Virus record (IMG/VR): IMGVR_UViG_3300005077_000002
Location: 1 to 64,000 of that record
From: a virus
Lineage: Duplodnaviria > Heunggongvirae > Uroviricota > Caudoviricetes
Length of the DNA: 64,000 nt
Reading direction: 5' to 3' (one strand)
Shown here: positions 25,735-35,647 of the stretch, piece by piece
How the letters are laid out: each line of letters begins with the position of its first letter
Numbering within the stretch: position 1 is the stretch's first letter
Made by a program: the position numbers and the translations under genes
The notes under the pieces: model-generated
What the model saw: the letters and a program-made list of their open reading frames with translations, nothing else
What the model was told of the DNA's origin: nothing
The model's database searches: none

Positions 25735-26329
25735 AGATTTCTACTTCGATGTGGAAACAACGGGGTTTGATCCCGAAAAATGTGGTATTCACCAAATAGC
25801 TTTTGTTATTGCCATTGATGGTAAAGTCGTTGAACGACATTCCATCAACATGCGTCCATTCAAAGATGCTATTATTATGGATGAAGCACTGGAAGTAACC
25901 GGTATTACATTAGAACAAATAAATGCATATCAAACCGAGAAAGATGCTTACAATAAGCTGATAAAGATTTTGTCCAGACATGTGGATAAGTTTAACAAGA
26001 TTGATAAACTCTTTCAAATCGGCTATAACATTGGATTCGATGTGCAGTTTCTGCGAGCCTGGTTTAACAGGGTAGGTGATAAATATTATGGATCATGGTT
26101 CTGGCCAAATCCGTTGGATACAATGTCATTAGCTCTGCAGTATCTTAAATCACGCCGGCATTTAATGATTAATTTCAAACTGGCAACAGTAGCAATGGAA
26201 TTGGAATTGCTGGATGATGTTGAAGAAGAAGAGGAAAAATCATCATCACACAACTTCCATGATGCACTGTTTGACATTGATATTACCAGACAAATATACT
26301 TAAAAGTTACGGGAGCACATTTTGACTAA
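25718..26329 (+). CDS. DEDDh 3'-5' exonuclease (DnaQ / RNase T-like)
   Basis: Exo I FDVETTG, Exo II YNIGFDVQFL, Exo III HDALFDIDIT; GAGAGGAA RBS before the ATG at 25718. Confidence 0.75.
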   Translation: MEPKIKDFYFDVETTGFDPEKCGIHQIAFVIAIDGKVVERHSINMRPFKDAIIMDEALEVTGITLEQINAYQTEKDAYNKLIKILSRHVDKFNKIDKLFQIGYNIGFDVQFLRAWFNRVGDKYYGSWFWPNPLDTMSLALQYLKSRRHLMINFKLATVAMELELLDDVEEEEEKSSSHNFHDALFDIDITRQIYLKVTGAHFD

Positions 26330-27596
26330 AATTGATTCATTAACTCAACAGCTGGTTAAGCTTTATCGAGAAGTAACCGGCAGTGATTCTGGGGTAGATG
26401 TAGCTAAACCTAGTTTTACATATGCTACTGTCTACGCTAATAATGCATCACACAGATCATCGAATAATCCTTTGGATATCGTTCGTATTATTAAACATAA
26501 CAAACCTATACCACAAGTTATGCAACTAGACACAGGTGCACAGAATGAAGAAACAGGTGTAAAGGAATTGTATCTTCGTGGTGGCGAAGTTCTAATATTT
26601 GTTCAGTACTTCAGTTATCGGCGTGGAGTCGAAGCTGAATGTTTATTGGTTGGTCCACATGGATTTCCAAAGAAACTGGATAGATATTTCAAATCCTGGA
26701 AAAATAAATACTTAGAAAAGAAATATGAAATAACTCCAGGATATTATGCGATTATGCAGACTCCTATGGGATTAACCATATCTCCCAAATTAACCAAAAA
26801 TGCGTTTAATCAAATCCCGGTAGTGCATGATTCAGTTTCTGAATTGAATACAGACATGCAACATTATTTCTCTAACTTAAAAGACTTTAAGCGTTACGGT
26901 CAATCAGGAATACGCAAAGTTTTATTAGTAGGTCCTCCGGGATCAGGTAAAACTACGATGATAAATAATATTATTCGTAATATGAGGGAAACACATGTTG
27001 TTAGCTATGGCACAGGTATAGGACAAGCAGCCCATTTCAGCTATAGGATGTCAAGATCTAAATTCCCATCCATCTTTATATTTGAAGATGCAGAATCTTC
27101 ATTAAACATGGATAATTCCGATGTATTGAATTTTCTAGATGGTCAAAATCAGCCCAAAACAAAAAGCGGCCATTACGTTATAATGACCACAAATTATCCT
27201 GAGAAGATATCCGATCGTATATTAAAACGTCCTGGTAGAATTGATAAATTCATCTTCGTAGGGGCACTGCGTGGTAAACAAGCCATTGAATGCTTTAACC
27301 TGTACAAACCCAAATTCAATAAGTTTAATCTTGCTGATCTCGAGAAACATCTCGATAATTGTACAGGTGCCGAAATAAAAGAAATTGCAATGGCATCGCG
27401 CAGCTATGCAGCCAGTCATGGCGTACCATTGGACAATAATGCTGTCATAAAAACAATCGATATCATGCGAAACGGCTTTGACATAATAACCCGATACAAT
27501 GAGACTATAGGAAGCAAACTACTGGAACATAACAATACGTCCAGTAGGTTCGGATTCAACAGACCGAAATACTACGAAGAGGAAGTAGAACTGTGA
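26322..27596 (+). CDS. AAA+ ATPase (classic Cdc48/FtsH-type module) with an unknown N-terminal domain
   Basis: Walker A GPPGSGKTT, Walker B IFIFEDAE, sensor 2 RPGRIDKFI. Confidence 0.75.
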   Translation: MTKIDSLTQQLVKLYREVTGSDSGVDVAKPSFTYATVYANNASHRSSNNPLDIVRIIKHNKPIPQVMQLDTGAQNEETGVKELYLRGGEVLIFVQYFSYRRGVEAECLLVGPHGFPKKLDRYFKSWKNKYLEKKYEITPGYYAIMQTPMGLTISPKLTKNAFNQIPVVHDSVSELNTDMQHYFSNLKDFKRYGQSGIRKVLLVGPPGSGKTTMINNIIRNMRETHVVSYGTGIGQAAHFSYRMSRSKFPSIFIFEDAESSLNMDNSDVLNFLDGQNQPKTKSGHYVIMTTNYPEKISDRILKRPGRIDKFIFVGALRGKQAIECFNLYKPKFNKFNLADLEKHLDNCTGAEIKEIAMASRSYAASHGVPLDNNAVIKTIDIMRNGFDIITRYNETIGSKLLEHNNTSSRFGFNRPKYYEEEVEL

Positions 27597-28009
27597 TAAA
27601 CAGAATAACAAAACCATTAATAACTAAAATCGGATTAAATGAAGTGTTTGTGTTCGGTAGTAATGAATCTGGTATACATGGCGCTGGCGCAGCTAGAACA
27701 GCTATGTCTTTCGGTGCTATCCGAGGCAAAGGTGTGGGTCATTATGGTAATACCTATGCTATTCCGACAGTTGCCAAGAATATTAGCGGTAAGTTACCGC
27801 TTGCAACTATTCAGACGTATGTCAATGATTTCATTGAATACGCCAAAGCTCATCCGGAATTTAAATTCCTGGTAACTATGATAGGTTGTGGTCTTGCCGG
27901 ATACAATATCAGCTCAATTGCGCCTTTGTTTAAAGGTGCAGTATCCGTGAATAACATTCATTTACCCAAAGAATTCTGGAATGTACTTAACAAGCAGGAG
28001 AAGTCATGA
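27593..28009 (+). CDS. Hypothetical protein with a FGSNESGIHGAGAA glycine-rich motif (possibly a SLOG/DprA-like or macro-like nucleotide-binding fold)
   Basis: 138 aa; the motif assignment is weak. Confidence 0.4.
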   Translation: MINRITKPLITKIGLNEVFVFGSNESGIHGAGAARTAMSFGAIRGKGVGHYGNTYAIPTVAKNISGKLPLATIQTYVNDFIEYAKAHPEFKFLVTMIGCGLAGYNISSIAPLFKGAVSVNNIHLPKEFWNVLNKQEKS

Positions 28010-28186
28010 TAGTAAAACGATATCTTGAAAAAGGCGACACAGCTTACACTACCGGTGCATATATTGTGTATGCTGGAGATGGTAAATGGACCCTTGGTTC
28101 TATGGAAGAAGATACTTATTTCGATGGCGCTATAGTTAACAATGAGGAAACTAAGCCATATATTGAAGTTAAAGTGAAGCAGACTC

Positions 28187-28492
28187 ATGACAAAACATTT
28201 TAAACCTGGAGACAGCATAACTGTTGATGGTATAACTCTGAATTTAGTGAATGATGGTAAATGGATTGCCAAAATATCTAAACAACAACATAAGCAATGG
28301 ATGAATATTGGTGTTGATAAATGTCCGTTGTGTTTATCGTCAGATATAACTGCCACTTCCAATGATTTTGATGTAAACTATGCTGTATCTCATTGTGAAT
28401 GTAATAACTGTAATGCTACTTGGGATGAAGTGTACTATCTTAAGTATGTTGAAAACATAGTACCTGGGGTGACTATTGTTAATGATCACTGA
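28187..28492 (+). CDS. Zinc-ribbon protein (CPLC...CECNNC)
   Basis: 101-aa ORF. Confidence 0.5.
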   Translation: MTKHFKPGDSITVDGITLNLVNDGKWIAKISKQQHKQWMNIGVDKCPLCLSSDITATSNDFDVNYAVSHCECNNCNATWDEVYYLKYVENIVPGVTIVNDH

Positions 28493-28718
28493 AATATGGG
28501 CCGAGAAAGTTTCAGATAAAAACATACTACACGGAGACTATGAATTGGTGTCTTCCAACAGAATGTCAAAACATGGATGGACATCAATTGCAGAATTCCG
28601 TTCTAGTATCGAAAACCATGCTTTGTACATCGGCGAAGTAACTCCTGGTCGATTTAAAATGGACATGGGCCACTTCTTCAACAGGCATGCTTTTACACTA
28701 GTATATTTTTACACATAA
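28476..28718 (+). CDS. Hypothetical protein
   Basis: 80-aa ORF. Confidence 0.4.
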   Translation: MLMITEIWAEKVSDKNILHGDYELVSSNRMSKHGWTSIAEFRSSIENHALYIGEVTPGRFKMDMGHFFNRHAFTLVYFYT

Positions 28719-28741
28719 TTAATAATCTCAAGGAGTACAAA

Positions 28742-29500
28742 TTGAATATTAATATCCCAGATTCTGATTTAAGATTTATTGTAACTAGGATTCCAAAAGA
28801 TGTCCGTGATCTAATGATGAAGTATCCGGATCTTATTCTGGCTGGTGGATTTATTCGTGCCACAATCGCCGGTGAAAAAGTTTCTGACATTGATATTATG
28901 GCCAGATCCGAAGAATATGGCAAACGGGCGGCAATGGAACTTGCTGTTTCCAGAAAAGCACGAATACATACTACTGAAAATGCCATTACTGTATTGGCGC
29001 CCCCACGAATACCCGTGCAGTTCATCACAAGATGGACCTATTTAGCTATTGATCATGTTGTACTTTCATTTGATTTCACGATAGCCCAGGCAGCCATACA
29101 GTTTGATGCTGCAAAGAATAAATGGATCGGACTTTGTTCCGACATGTTCTACGTTGACCTGGCTGCTAAACGACTTAATTACGTTTGCCCAAAGAGAGTA
29201 GAAGATGCCGGCGGATCTATGATACGTGTACTAAAGTTTCTGAACCGCGGCTATAAAATACAGGCTTTGTCTTTATCTAAAGTAATAGCGCGGTTAGCCT
29301 TTGGTGTAAATGGTATCGATTCGATCTATACTGAAGACAAGCTGGCTCATATACTAGCGGGTTTACTGCGTGAAGTTGATCCATTAACAGTTGTTGATGG
29401 GTTTGATATTGTGGATGAACATGAAGTGTTGGAAAAACCAACTGTTCAGCCTGAACCCATTGTAGCTGTTACACCTGTTGGTTCTATCCATGAAGTATAA
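28742..29500 (+). CDS. Pol-beta-superfamily nucleotidyltransferase (CCA-adding-enzyme-like head motif)
   Basis: LAGGFIRATIAGEKVSDIDIMA resembles GGAVRD...DxD of class II tRNA nucleotidyltransferases; RBS AAGGAG; start codon TTG or ATG. Confidence 0.45.
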   Translation: MNINIPDSDLRFIVTRIPKDVRDLMMKYPDLILAGGFIRATIAGEKVSDIDIMARSEEYGKRAAMELAVSRKARIHTTENAITVLAPPRIPVQFITRWTYLAIDHVVLSFDFTIAQAAIQFDAAKNKWIGLCSDMFYVDLAAKRLNYVCPKRVEDAGGSMIRVLKFLNRGYKIQALSLSKVIARLAFGVNGIDSIYTEDKLAHILAGLLREVDPLTVVDGFDIVDEHEVLEKPTVQPEPIVAVTPVGSIHEV

Positions 29501-29894
29501 GATTCTTCTGCTGGTATTTTTACCAGTATTAGTATTGTCTCAGAACTGGTCCATCAAGGATCTTCAGAAAAAGATTAATATCGATTCTAACGCAGGATAT
29601 GAAATTACATTTCCCGGGTTAGATACCGAAGTATCTTTGGAAGTTGAGGCAACTGATAAACCAACTGTTGACAATCCAAAACATAAGATATGGATTGGTT
29701 TTATGTCATCTAATAACAGGAAAGACTTCATACAACTAAAAGACATACGTATAGATTCAGAATTTCTTTATATGAGTTTGCTGGTTATAATTGATTATAA
29801 AGAATATCCTTTGGAATACTATGTTCCGACATCATCCATTCGATGTATATTTATTCATCATAATGAAAATAAAGTATTAATTGTAGCTAAGTAA
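29478..29894 (+). CDS. Secreted protein with an N-terminal signal peptide
   Basis: MKYKILLLVFLPVLVLSQNW. Confidence 0.5.
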   Translation: MVLSMKYKILLLVFLPVLVLSQNWSIKDLQKKINIDSNAGYEITFPGLDTEVSLEVEATDKPTVDNPKHKIWIGFMSSNNRKDFIQLKDIRIDSEFLYMSLLVIIDYKEYPLEYYVPTSSIRCIFIHHNENKVLIVAK

Positions 29895-29902
29895 TCAATG
29901 TA

Positions 29903-30112
29903 ATGAGTAATAACAAATTATTATTATTGAAAATATCTGAAACTCAGTACAAATCTGAAAATGGTTTTGTCATGCAACGTGAATATGGTCTTACTCCTCA
30001 TGGCAATAACATTAATGGTTTTTGGGTACTGCGTGGCCCGAATAGTGAATGGATTGATTGTAACCAATTCAGACGTGATTTAGCAGAAAGGTATGGGTTC
30101 AAAATTGAGTAG
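29903..30112 (+). CDS. Hypothetical protein
   Basis: 69-aa ORF. Confidence 0.45.
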   Translation: MSNNKLLLLKISETQYKSENGFVMQREYGLTPHGNNINGFWVLRGPNSEWIDCNQFRRDLAERYGFKIE

Positions 30113-30311
30113 CACAAATAAATTCAGATTGTTTAAACTCAATGATTATTGGGGCATCATTACCAATAATCGTATCTTATATGATGCTGACTTTAAAGCA
30201 AAAGAACATGCTAATGCTATACTAGATGCACATTCAAAAGGTGCGGAAACATTTGAGGAAGCACTGCTTAAAATAGATCCCGATGTAGCTGGTGAAATAT
30301 TGAGATCTTAA
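30093..30311 (+). CDS. Hypothetical protein
   Basis: 72-aa ORF. Confidence 0.45.
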   Translation: MGSKLSSTNKFRLFKLNDYWGIITNNRILYDADFKAKEHANAILDAHSKGAETFEEALLKIDPDVAGEILRS

Positions 30312-30414
30312 TATTAACTACTAACGCATACTATTTCCGCAAGCTGTAGACTCCTGTCTACAATCTATCAAGCCAATCTACATATTTCTCATAAAATAAC
30401 AGGTAAATTCCACA

Positions 30415-30615
30415 ATGAATATACGAATGGTGCAGGTCGAATGCCCAGCTTGCGGTTATAGTATGGCTGTTAAACGTTGTAAAACGAAATTCAATAAACC
30501 AGCAAGTTCGTGGGTACGCATAACCGATGTTGGTATATGTCCAAATTGCTTTCAACAAGTATTTGTGTCAGCACTTATAAAAGAAAATGTATTAGAGGAA
30601 AATGATGAATACTGA
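30415..30615 (+). CDS. Zinc-ribbon protein (CPACGY...CPNCF)
   Basis: 66 aa; palindrome GTAGAC-TCCT-GTCTAC lies upstream. Confidence 0.5.
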   Translation: MNIRMVQVECPACGYSMAVKRCKTKFNKPASSWVRITDVGICPNCFQQVFVSALIKENVLEENDEY

Positions 30616-30985
30616 TTTCACAAAATTATTTCCAACTGAAACCGATCCAACAGCAACCGAACATCCCTGCGATTACTGCTCCCAGACTCAAAATTGTCCT
30701 TTGGTAAATTTATTAATGCAGAATGCAGATTTCATACAATTACATAATTCACTAAAAAACGGTAATACAATTGGTGGAATCCATGTCAATACCGACCAGG
30801 ATCTGCTGATGTTTGCTCAAAGTGAAGTTACCGTCTCAATGGCAAATAATTATCCGCAGTCAGATGGGCATGAACCTTCATATCTTAAATGCCCGCACAG
30901 AATTGAGGTTGATTCAGCCACAAGGACCCAAAGAGATTTATTAATACAACAATTTCAAGAAGCTGCTCCAGCAGTTGAATGGTAG
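30602..30985 (+). CDS. Hypothetical protein
   Basis: 127-aa ORF. Confidence 0.5.
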   Translation: MMNTDFTKLFPTETDPTATEHPCDYCSQTQNCPLVNLLMQNADFIQLHNSLKNGNTIGGIHVNTDQDLLMFAQSEVTVSMANNYPQSDGHEPSYLKCPHRIEVDSATRTQRDLLIQQFQEAAPAVEW

Positions 30986-31409
30986 AAAGGACTACCTTAT
31001 TAGACACGTAACCGCTCCGTACTGCGTAGTTCAAGATCATGTTATAACATTGATCGAGAACCTTAGCCATTATCCGTTAAAATCGGATGATATCGTATTT
31101 GAAAAACCAAGAATAACCATTTATGGATCTACACTTACATTGCAGGGTAACCGGGTATATCCTAAACATGAATGGGTAGAAGTACCTGCATCCGGTAATG
31201 AGATTCATAGAAATACTAAAGGTATTTATTATAAAAGAAAAACACTTTTGGGCCTGTTGCCTTATGGCAAACTGCGTCCATTTATTCTCAAGAGTAACGT
31301 CAGCTTTATGCTGAAGGATTTCCAGAGAATGGTGTTTTCTTTCTGGATTCTTCATGAAACCCAGGATGACATTCAACCCATAAGAACCGAACCGAGGGAA
31401 CACGCATGA
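30975..31409 (+). CDS. Hypothetical protein (non-ATG start)
   Basis: 144-aa ORF with no in-frame ATG near its start. Confidence 0.4.
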   Translation: MNGRKDYLIRHVTAPYCVVQDHVITLIENLSHYPLKSDDIVFEKPRITIYGSTLTLQGNRVYPKHEWVEVPASGNEIHRNTKGIYYKRKTLLGLLPYGKLRPFILKSNVSFMLKDFQRMVFSFWILHETQDDIQPIRTEPREHA

Positions 31410-32137
31410 GAAATATAGTGGTAGTAGGTGTAAACGGTAAAATTCAATCCGGCAAAGATACTTTTGTTGGAATGGTTATGAGTATACTGCAGGAATATGA
31501 TATTCGCTGCAGGACAATCAATTTTGCTGATAAACTTAAAGTGGTTGTAATGGACTTGTTTTCATTAAACCACGATGATGTATTTACTCAGGAAGGCAAA
31601 GCTCGCCGCCATCCAGAACTCAATAATATGACAACGAGATACATATTGCAGAAATTCGGTACTGAAGTTGCCCGCAATATATTTTCAAAAGTATGGGTCA
31701 ATTATTTGATCAAAACAGTAAGACTGATTTCTGACATTGATCATAATGTTCATGTAATTTTTGTATCGGATATGCGATTCATCGATGAGTTTAATGCTAT
31801 TAAATCTATGAATGGCATAACTGTTCGTGTAAAACGACTTGGCTTTGAACACACCAATCAAAATCATGAATCGGAATGGGGATTGGATAAGTACCCCTAT
31901 TTTGGTAAATGGTACAGTATCAGTGATATATTCACATTTTTGTACAATTTTATTGTTGTGCGCAAGGCAAAACCATTACTCATATCATTTGATACTGAAG
32001 TAGCTGCTTTGGATCTGCATGAATTGCAGGCCGCTGCTCATGAATTTTCCTATAAGATATTGGGAATACTTAAAACACGTAATGAAAGAAAATACCAGCA
32101 TGAAAGTAGTAAAGAGTACCGGTACACGGCGGTTTGA
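31406..32137 (+). CDS. Deoxynucleoside monophosphate kinase (T4 gp1-like)
   Basis: N-terminal GVNGKIQSGKDTF matches T4 gp1 GVKRSGKDT. Confidence 0.6.
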   Translation: MRNIVVVGVNGKIQSGKDTFVGMVMSILQEYDIRCRTINFADKLKVVVMDLFSLNHDDVFTQEGKARRHPELNNMTTRYILQKFGTEVARNIFSKVWVNYLIKTVRLISDIDHNVHVIFVSDMRFIDEFNAIKSMNGITVRVKRLGFEHTNQNHESEWGLDKYPYFGKWYSISDIFTFLYNFIVVRKAKPLLISFDTEVAALDLHELQAAAHEFSYKILGILKTRNERKYQHESSKEYRYTAV

Positions 32138-32495
32138 GTGCGCCTGCGGCGACACAAGCCATTTATTATCTGTTACACATCATAGCTTTTCCAGGATATA
32201 TGAATATTCCAAAGCTCAGCCTGTACCAGACGAGGATGTGTATATTGAAGTTCAGGTTGAATCAAAATCTGGTACTAAATCATGGTTTGGATCTTTCATA
32301 TGGCGTATTAAAACAGCTCTGGTACTGCTTATAACTGGCAGTGTGAGTATGTCGTATGAGATGTATCTATCTCCGAACACCAAAGATTCCGAGGACTTAT
32401 CAACTATTAAGTCATTGGCAAACTGGCTAACAAAGATCTATGATAATGTTACCTACAATCTAAGTTTAATTGAAGATGCAAATAACCAGCAATGA
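32100..32495 (+). CDS. Hypothetical protein with an N-terminal Cys/His motif and one TM helix
   Basis: ATG at 32100 (the track ORF from 32019 would overlap the kinase gene by 118 nt). Confidence 0.35.
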   Translation: MKVVKSTGTRRFECACGDTSHLLSVTHHSFSRIYEYSKAQPVPDEDVYIEVQVESKSGTKSWFGSFIWRIKTALVLLITGSVSMSYEMYLSPNTKDSEDLSTIKSLANWLTKIYDNVTYNLSLIEDANNQQ

Positions 32496-32528
32496 TCTTA
32501 TTAAAGTGGAAATCATCCAGGAGGATAA

Positions 32529-33518
32529 ATGAATTCATTTACGGATATACTTAGTAGACAAGTAACTGTTACTAAATCCGCAAAAGATCAAAATACCTTT
32601 AATTTTGTAGATTACTATCTCAATAATATTGCTATACTTAAAAAGATTGAACTTTGTTCTAAATACTGTTCAGAAAACATAAGGCCAATTGATATTACTT
32701 CCTATGATAAACATGAGGAATTTGTTCGTGCTATCCAGTTAATCAGGAAAACCATAGACAGCAGTTTTAAGAACTTGGTATCAAAGAGATTTGTATGTGA
32801 GAATATAGGTATACACCGTAAGGATGATTATGATGAAACTGGTATTCCTATTGGATATGTTGGAATACATCCTAAAGGATTAATTTCCATACGTATTTCA
32901 CATTATGCAACACAAGCTCGTTATTTGTTTGGACTTTATGTTGATGAGGAAAAGCTTATTTATAAGATGTTCCATCACAAAAAAGATGAATTCTTAGAAT
33001 GGGCTGAATCTATTCCTAATCGTTCTAAAATCTTTTACAAAGTATATAAAAAGTTCTGTGATACTCTAGTGCCATTTTTTGAAATGTATCCAGAACCATT
33101 CGTACGATCAGATGGATCTCATATAGAAATAGATTTATTATCAGGTACGCGTAAAATTAATACGATGTATGCTTTTAATGAAAAATGGGAAAAAGCAGTA
33201 ATTGTTGTTCACAGAGTATATGTGAGTAATTATAGTTCTGGAAATGATTCAGAAATTATATATAGTGTTGATGGTCTTGATCAAAAGATTAAAGCAAAGT
33301 TTAATGTACGTAGTTTTACTGATGATATCGAAATAAATCCTGTACTTTCCGTTTTGTCTAATGAAATATTAGCAAGTCTCAGACAGGAAATAAAGATGTT
33401 TAAAATCAGAAACAAAGAAAAAACCATTGAAGTTGCTAATACTAAAAATAGTATGGATCTGATACTTACCCATATTAGGGAAGAAATGAGAGCTATAACT
33501 ACAGCAGTTGGGGTGTAA
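32529..33518 (+). CDS. Hypothetical protein, paralog of the ORF at 45217-46257
   Basis: Shared blocks IQLIRKTIDSSFKNLVSKRF vs LNTIQKTINNAFRNLVSKTH and FLEWAESIP...FCDTLVPFFEMYP vs FSDWAYTIK...LSDILMPIFDIIP; RBS AGGAGG. Confidence 0.6.
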   Translation: MNSFTDILSRQVTVTKSAKDQNTFNFVDYYLNNIAILKKIELCSKYCSENIRPIDITSYDKHEEFVRAIQLIRKTIDSSFKNLVSKRFVCENIGIHRKDDYDETGIPIGYVGIHPKGLISIRISHYATQARYLFGLYVDEEKLIYKMFHHKKDEFLEWAESIPNRSKIFYKVYKKFCDTLVPFFEMYPEPFVRSDGSHIEIDLLSGTRKINTMYAFNEKWEKAVIVVHRVYVSNYSSGNDSEIIYSVDGLDQKIKAKFNVRSFTDDIEINPVLSVLSNEILASLRQEIKMFKIRNKEKTIEVANTKNSMDLILTHIREEMRAITTAVGV

Positions 33519-34393
33519 TGAGTCATACTCTAGCAAAATCCATAGTAAATCTTCTTAGTTATGTAAGTGAAATAAATAAGATTAATGAAGATTATTATAG
33601 AGAAACTGATCATGCTTTTAAAATACCATCTGGAATGCCAATAAACATGCCTCGCATTACGAAATTATTTAATATTGGATTTAGAAACGTAGTTAGTAGT
33701 AAACATGAGTGTTCTAATCCAAGGCATTACATACTTTATATAAATAAAAGAGGAATTGTTTTTAATATACCTTACGACGTAAAAGATGGAATTATGAGTG
33801 GACCCCTGTGTAGTGGTTCAAACAATATTGCTACAGAATTCATTCTGCTTAAGCACTTTTTTGTTTATAACTCTGATTATATAGGAGAGTGGTTTAATAC
33901 TCTTACTCCAAGAACCAAATTAGCTGCAGAAATATATTTCAAATATAAGGACGCATTTACCCCATATTTAATGCATTTTGACGAAAGTAAGTGGACTATA
34001 AGTAATGGTTTCCAAGAAATTGGTTTCTATGCTACTCAATTAAAATATAGTTTATTAGATATTCAAATAAATGTTATTGATCCATATTTAGCTATACTAG
34101 TTGGGCAATCAAACAGTAACGCAGTACAAATTCGTTTTGAAAGTTCAGGGTATCAGACCGGTATATCTTGTAATAATGTTTACTTTCCAATAAGTGATGT
34201 TAGTACATTTGTTGTTTTATTGGAGCCATATTTACCAAAAATAGTCTCATTAATGCGCAAAGAATTTGATAAAGCTAAGAAGGAATCTGCTGAAATACAG
34301 CATCATAATATGACTTTAATCGAAGAGGAAAAGTCTATGATCAATGAAATACAATCTAAATTACAAAGCATATTAACTATTAAAACACTATGA
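33518..34393 (+). CDS. Hypothetical protein
   Basis: 291-aa ORF, start coupled to the previous stop. Confidence 0.55.
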   Translation: MSHTLAKSIVNLLSYVSEINKINEDYYRETDHAFKIPSGMPINMPRITKLFNIGFRNVVSSKHECSNPRHYILYINKRGIVFNIPYDVKDGIMSGPLCSGSNNIATEFILLKHFFVYNSDYIGEWFNTLTPRTKLAAEIYFKYKDAFTPYLMHFDESKWTISNGFQEIGFYATQLKYSLLDIQINVIDPYLAILVGQSNSNAVQIRFESSGYQTGISCNNVYFPISDVSTFVVLLEPYLPKIVSLMRKEFDKAKKESAEIQHHNMTLIEEEKSMINEIQSKLQSILTIKTL

Positions 34394-34451
34394 CAGTATT
34401 TACACATAATGACGCACTAACGGTAATTAAAAAACTATAGGAGAAATAGGA

Positions 34452-35612
34452 TTGAGAAAAGTTAATCATGCCGCTTTGGCAAAGAATTTTGTTAGATGTT
34501 ATACGGCCCAGGTATCTCCATTTGTACATGGTACATTTGGGATAGGTAAAAGCGAGACAGCAGCTGTTGTTGCTAAATTTCTGGCAAAGAAAGAAGGTCG
34601 TAACTTTATTCATTGGAACGAATCTGATCGTGAACTTAAGCAAGAAGTAATGAATGATCCATCCAAGTGGTTTGTGTATGCGGATGCTAGACTTACCCAG
34701 ATGGATCCTACAGACTTGCGTGGGTTACCTGGTTTATTTGATAAATCAGAAGTAGTAGACTGGAAACGGTCCATGCTGTTCAATACTATGGGTAAACCTA
34801 CTGCCCGCGGATTCTTGTTCTTTGATGAAATGAATCTTGCTGTACCATCTATGCAGGCTGCTGCTTATCAGTTGGTTAATGATCATCAGGTTGGTGAGTA
34901 TCCGATCTGCAAGGATGTATTTATTGCCGCTGCTGGTAATCGTGCTGAAGATATGGCCGCTACATTTGCCATGGCTGCTCCATTACGCAACCGTTTTGTG
35001 CATTATGAATTGATGCCCCCTTCAGTAGAAGAATGGTCCCGTAATTATGCAATTCCCAAAGAAATCGATAATCGTATTATTGGGTTTTTGCACTTCAAAC
35101 CGGCTGCACTCATGGCAGATAAAGATTCTATGAAACATATGGCCATGCCATCTCCCAGAACATGGGTAAAAGCCAGCCGGCTTATTAAGAGTCTTAAGGG
35201 TGATAAGGAAAGTCATTATCCTGAAATTGAAGATCAGGTTGCTGCAGCCGTCGGTGATGGTATTGCTGTTGAATTTGTAGCCTGGATTCGAATCAGAGAT
35301 GAATTGGATATTAAAGGTATTCTGGAACATCCTGAACGAGCAGCAGATATCACGCGTGTTGATATTAAATGGGCGCTTACGACTGGTATTAACGAAATTT
35401 ACCGCACCAGTACTGCTAAGGAATTTAATATCGATAATGCTTTCAGGGTTGTGAAATACTTTGGAGCTGAATTTGGTATTCTGCTTCTTCGCATGCTTAA
35501 GTATAGCAAAGGTCAGCAGTCCTTTATTACCAAGGCAATTCAGTCCCCAGCATACAATGATTTCATTAAGAATCATGCTCATATTCTTAATGAATCAGAA
35601 ATAACTAGTTAG
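34452..35612 (+). CDS. MoxR/CbbQ/CobS-like AAA+ ATPase
   Basis: Walker A GTFGIGKSE, Walker B FLFFDEMNLA, AAGNRAED...LRNRF; TTG start with an AGGAGA RBS. Confidence 0.7.
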   Translation: MRKVNHAALAKNFVRCYTAQVSPFVHGTFGIGKSETAAVVAKFLAKKEGRNFIHWNESDRELKQEVMNDPSKWFVYADARLTQMDPTDLRGLPGLFDKSEVVDWKRSMLFNTMGKPTARGFLFFDEMNLAVPSMQAAAYQLVNDHQVGEYPICKDVFIAAAGNRAEDMAATFAMAAPLRNRFVHYELMPPSVEEWSRNYAIPKEIDNRIIGFLHFKPAALMADKDSMKHMAMPSPRTWVKASRLIKSLKGDKESHYPEIEDQVAAAVGDGIAVEFVAWIRIRDELDIKGILEHPERAADITRVDIKWALTTGINEIYRTSTAKEFNIDNAFRVVKYFGAEFGILLLRMLKYSKGQQSFITKAIQSPAYNDFIKNHAHILNESEITS

Positions 35613-35633
35613 CCCGCTTATGCGGGCTTTTCC
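35611..35633 (+). terminator. Rho-independent terminator
   Basis: AGCCCGC-TTAT-GCGGGCT followed by TTTTCC. Confidence 0.6.
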
Positions 35634-35647
35634 ACAAAAGGAAAATT

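Noticed and set aside
27593-28009. Macro-domain or NADAR assignment for the FGSNESGIHGAGAA protein
   Set aside because: Only a short glycine-rich motif is similar; there is insufficient evidence without a profile search, so it is left as hypothetical with a possible nucleotide-binding fold
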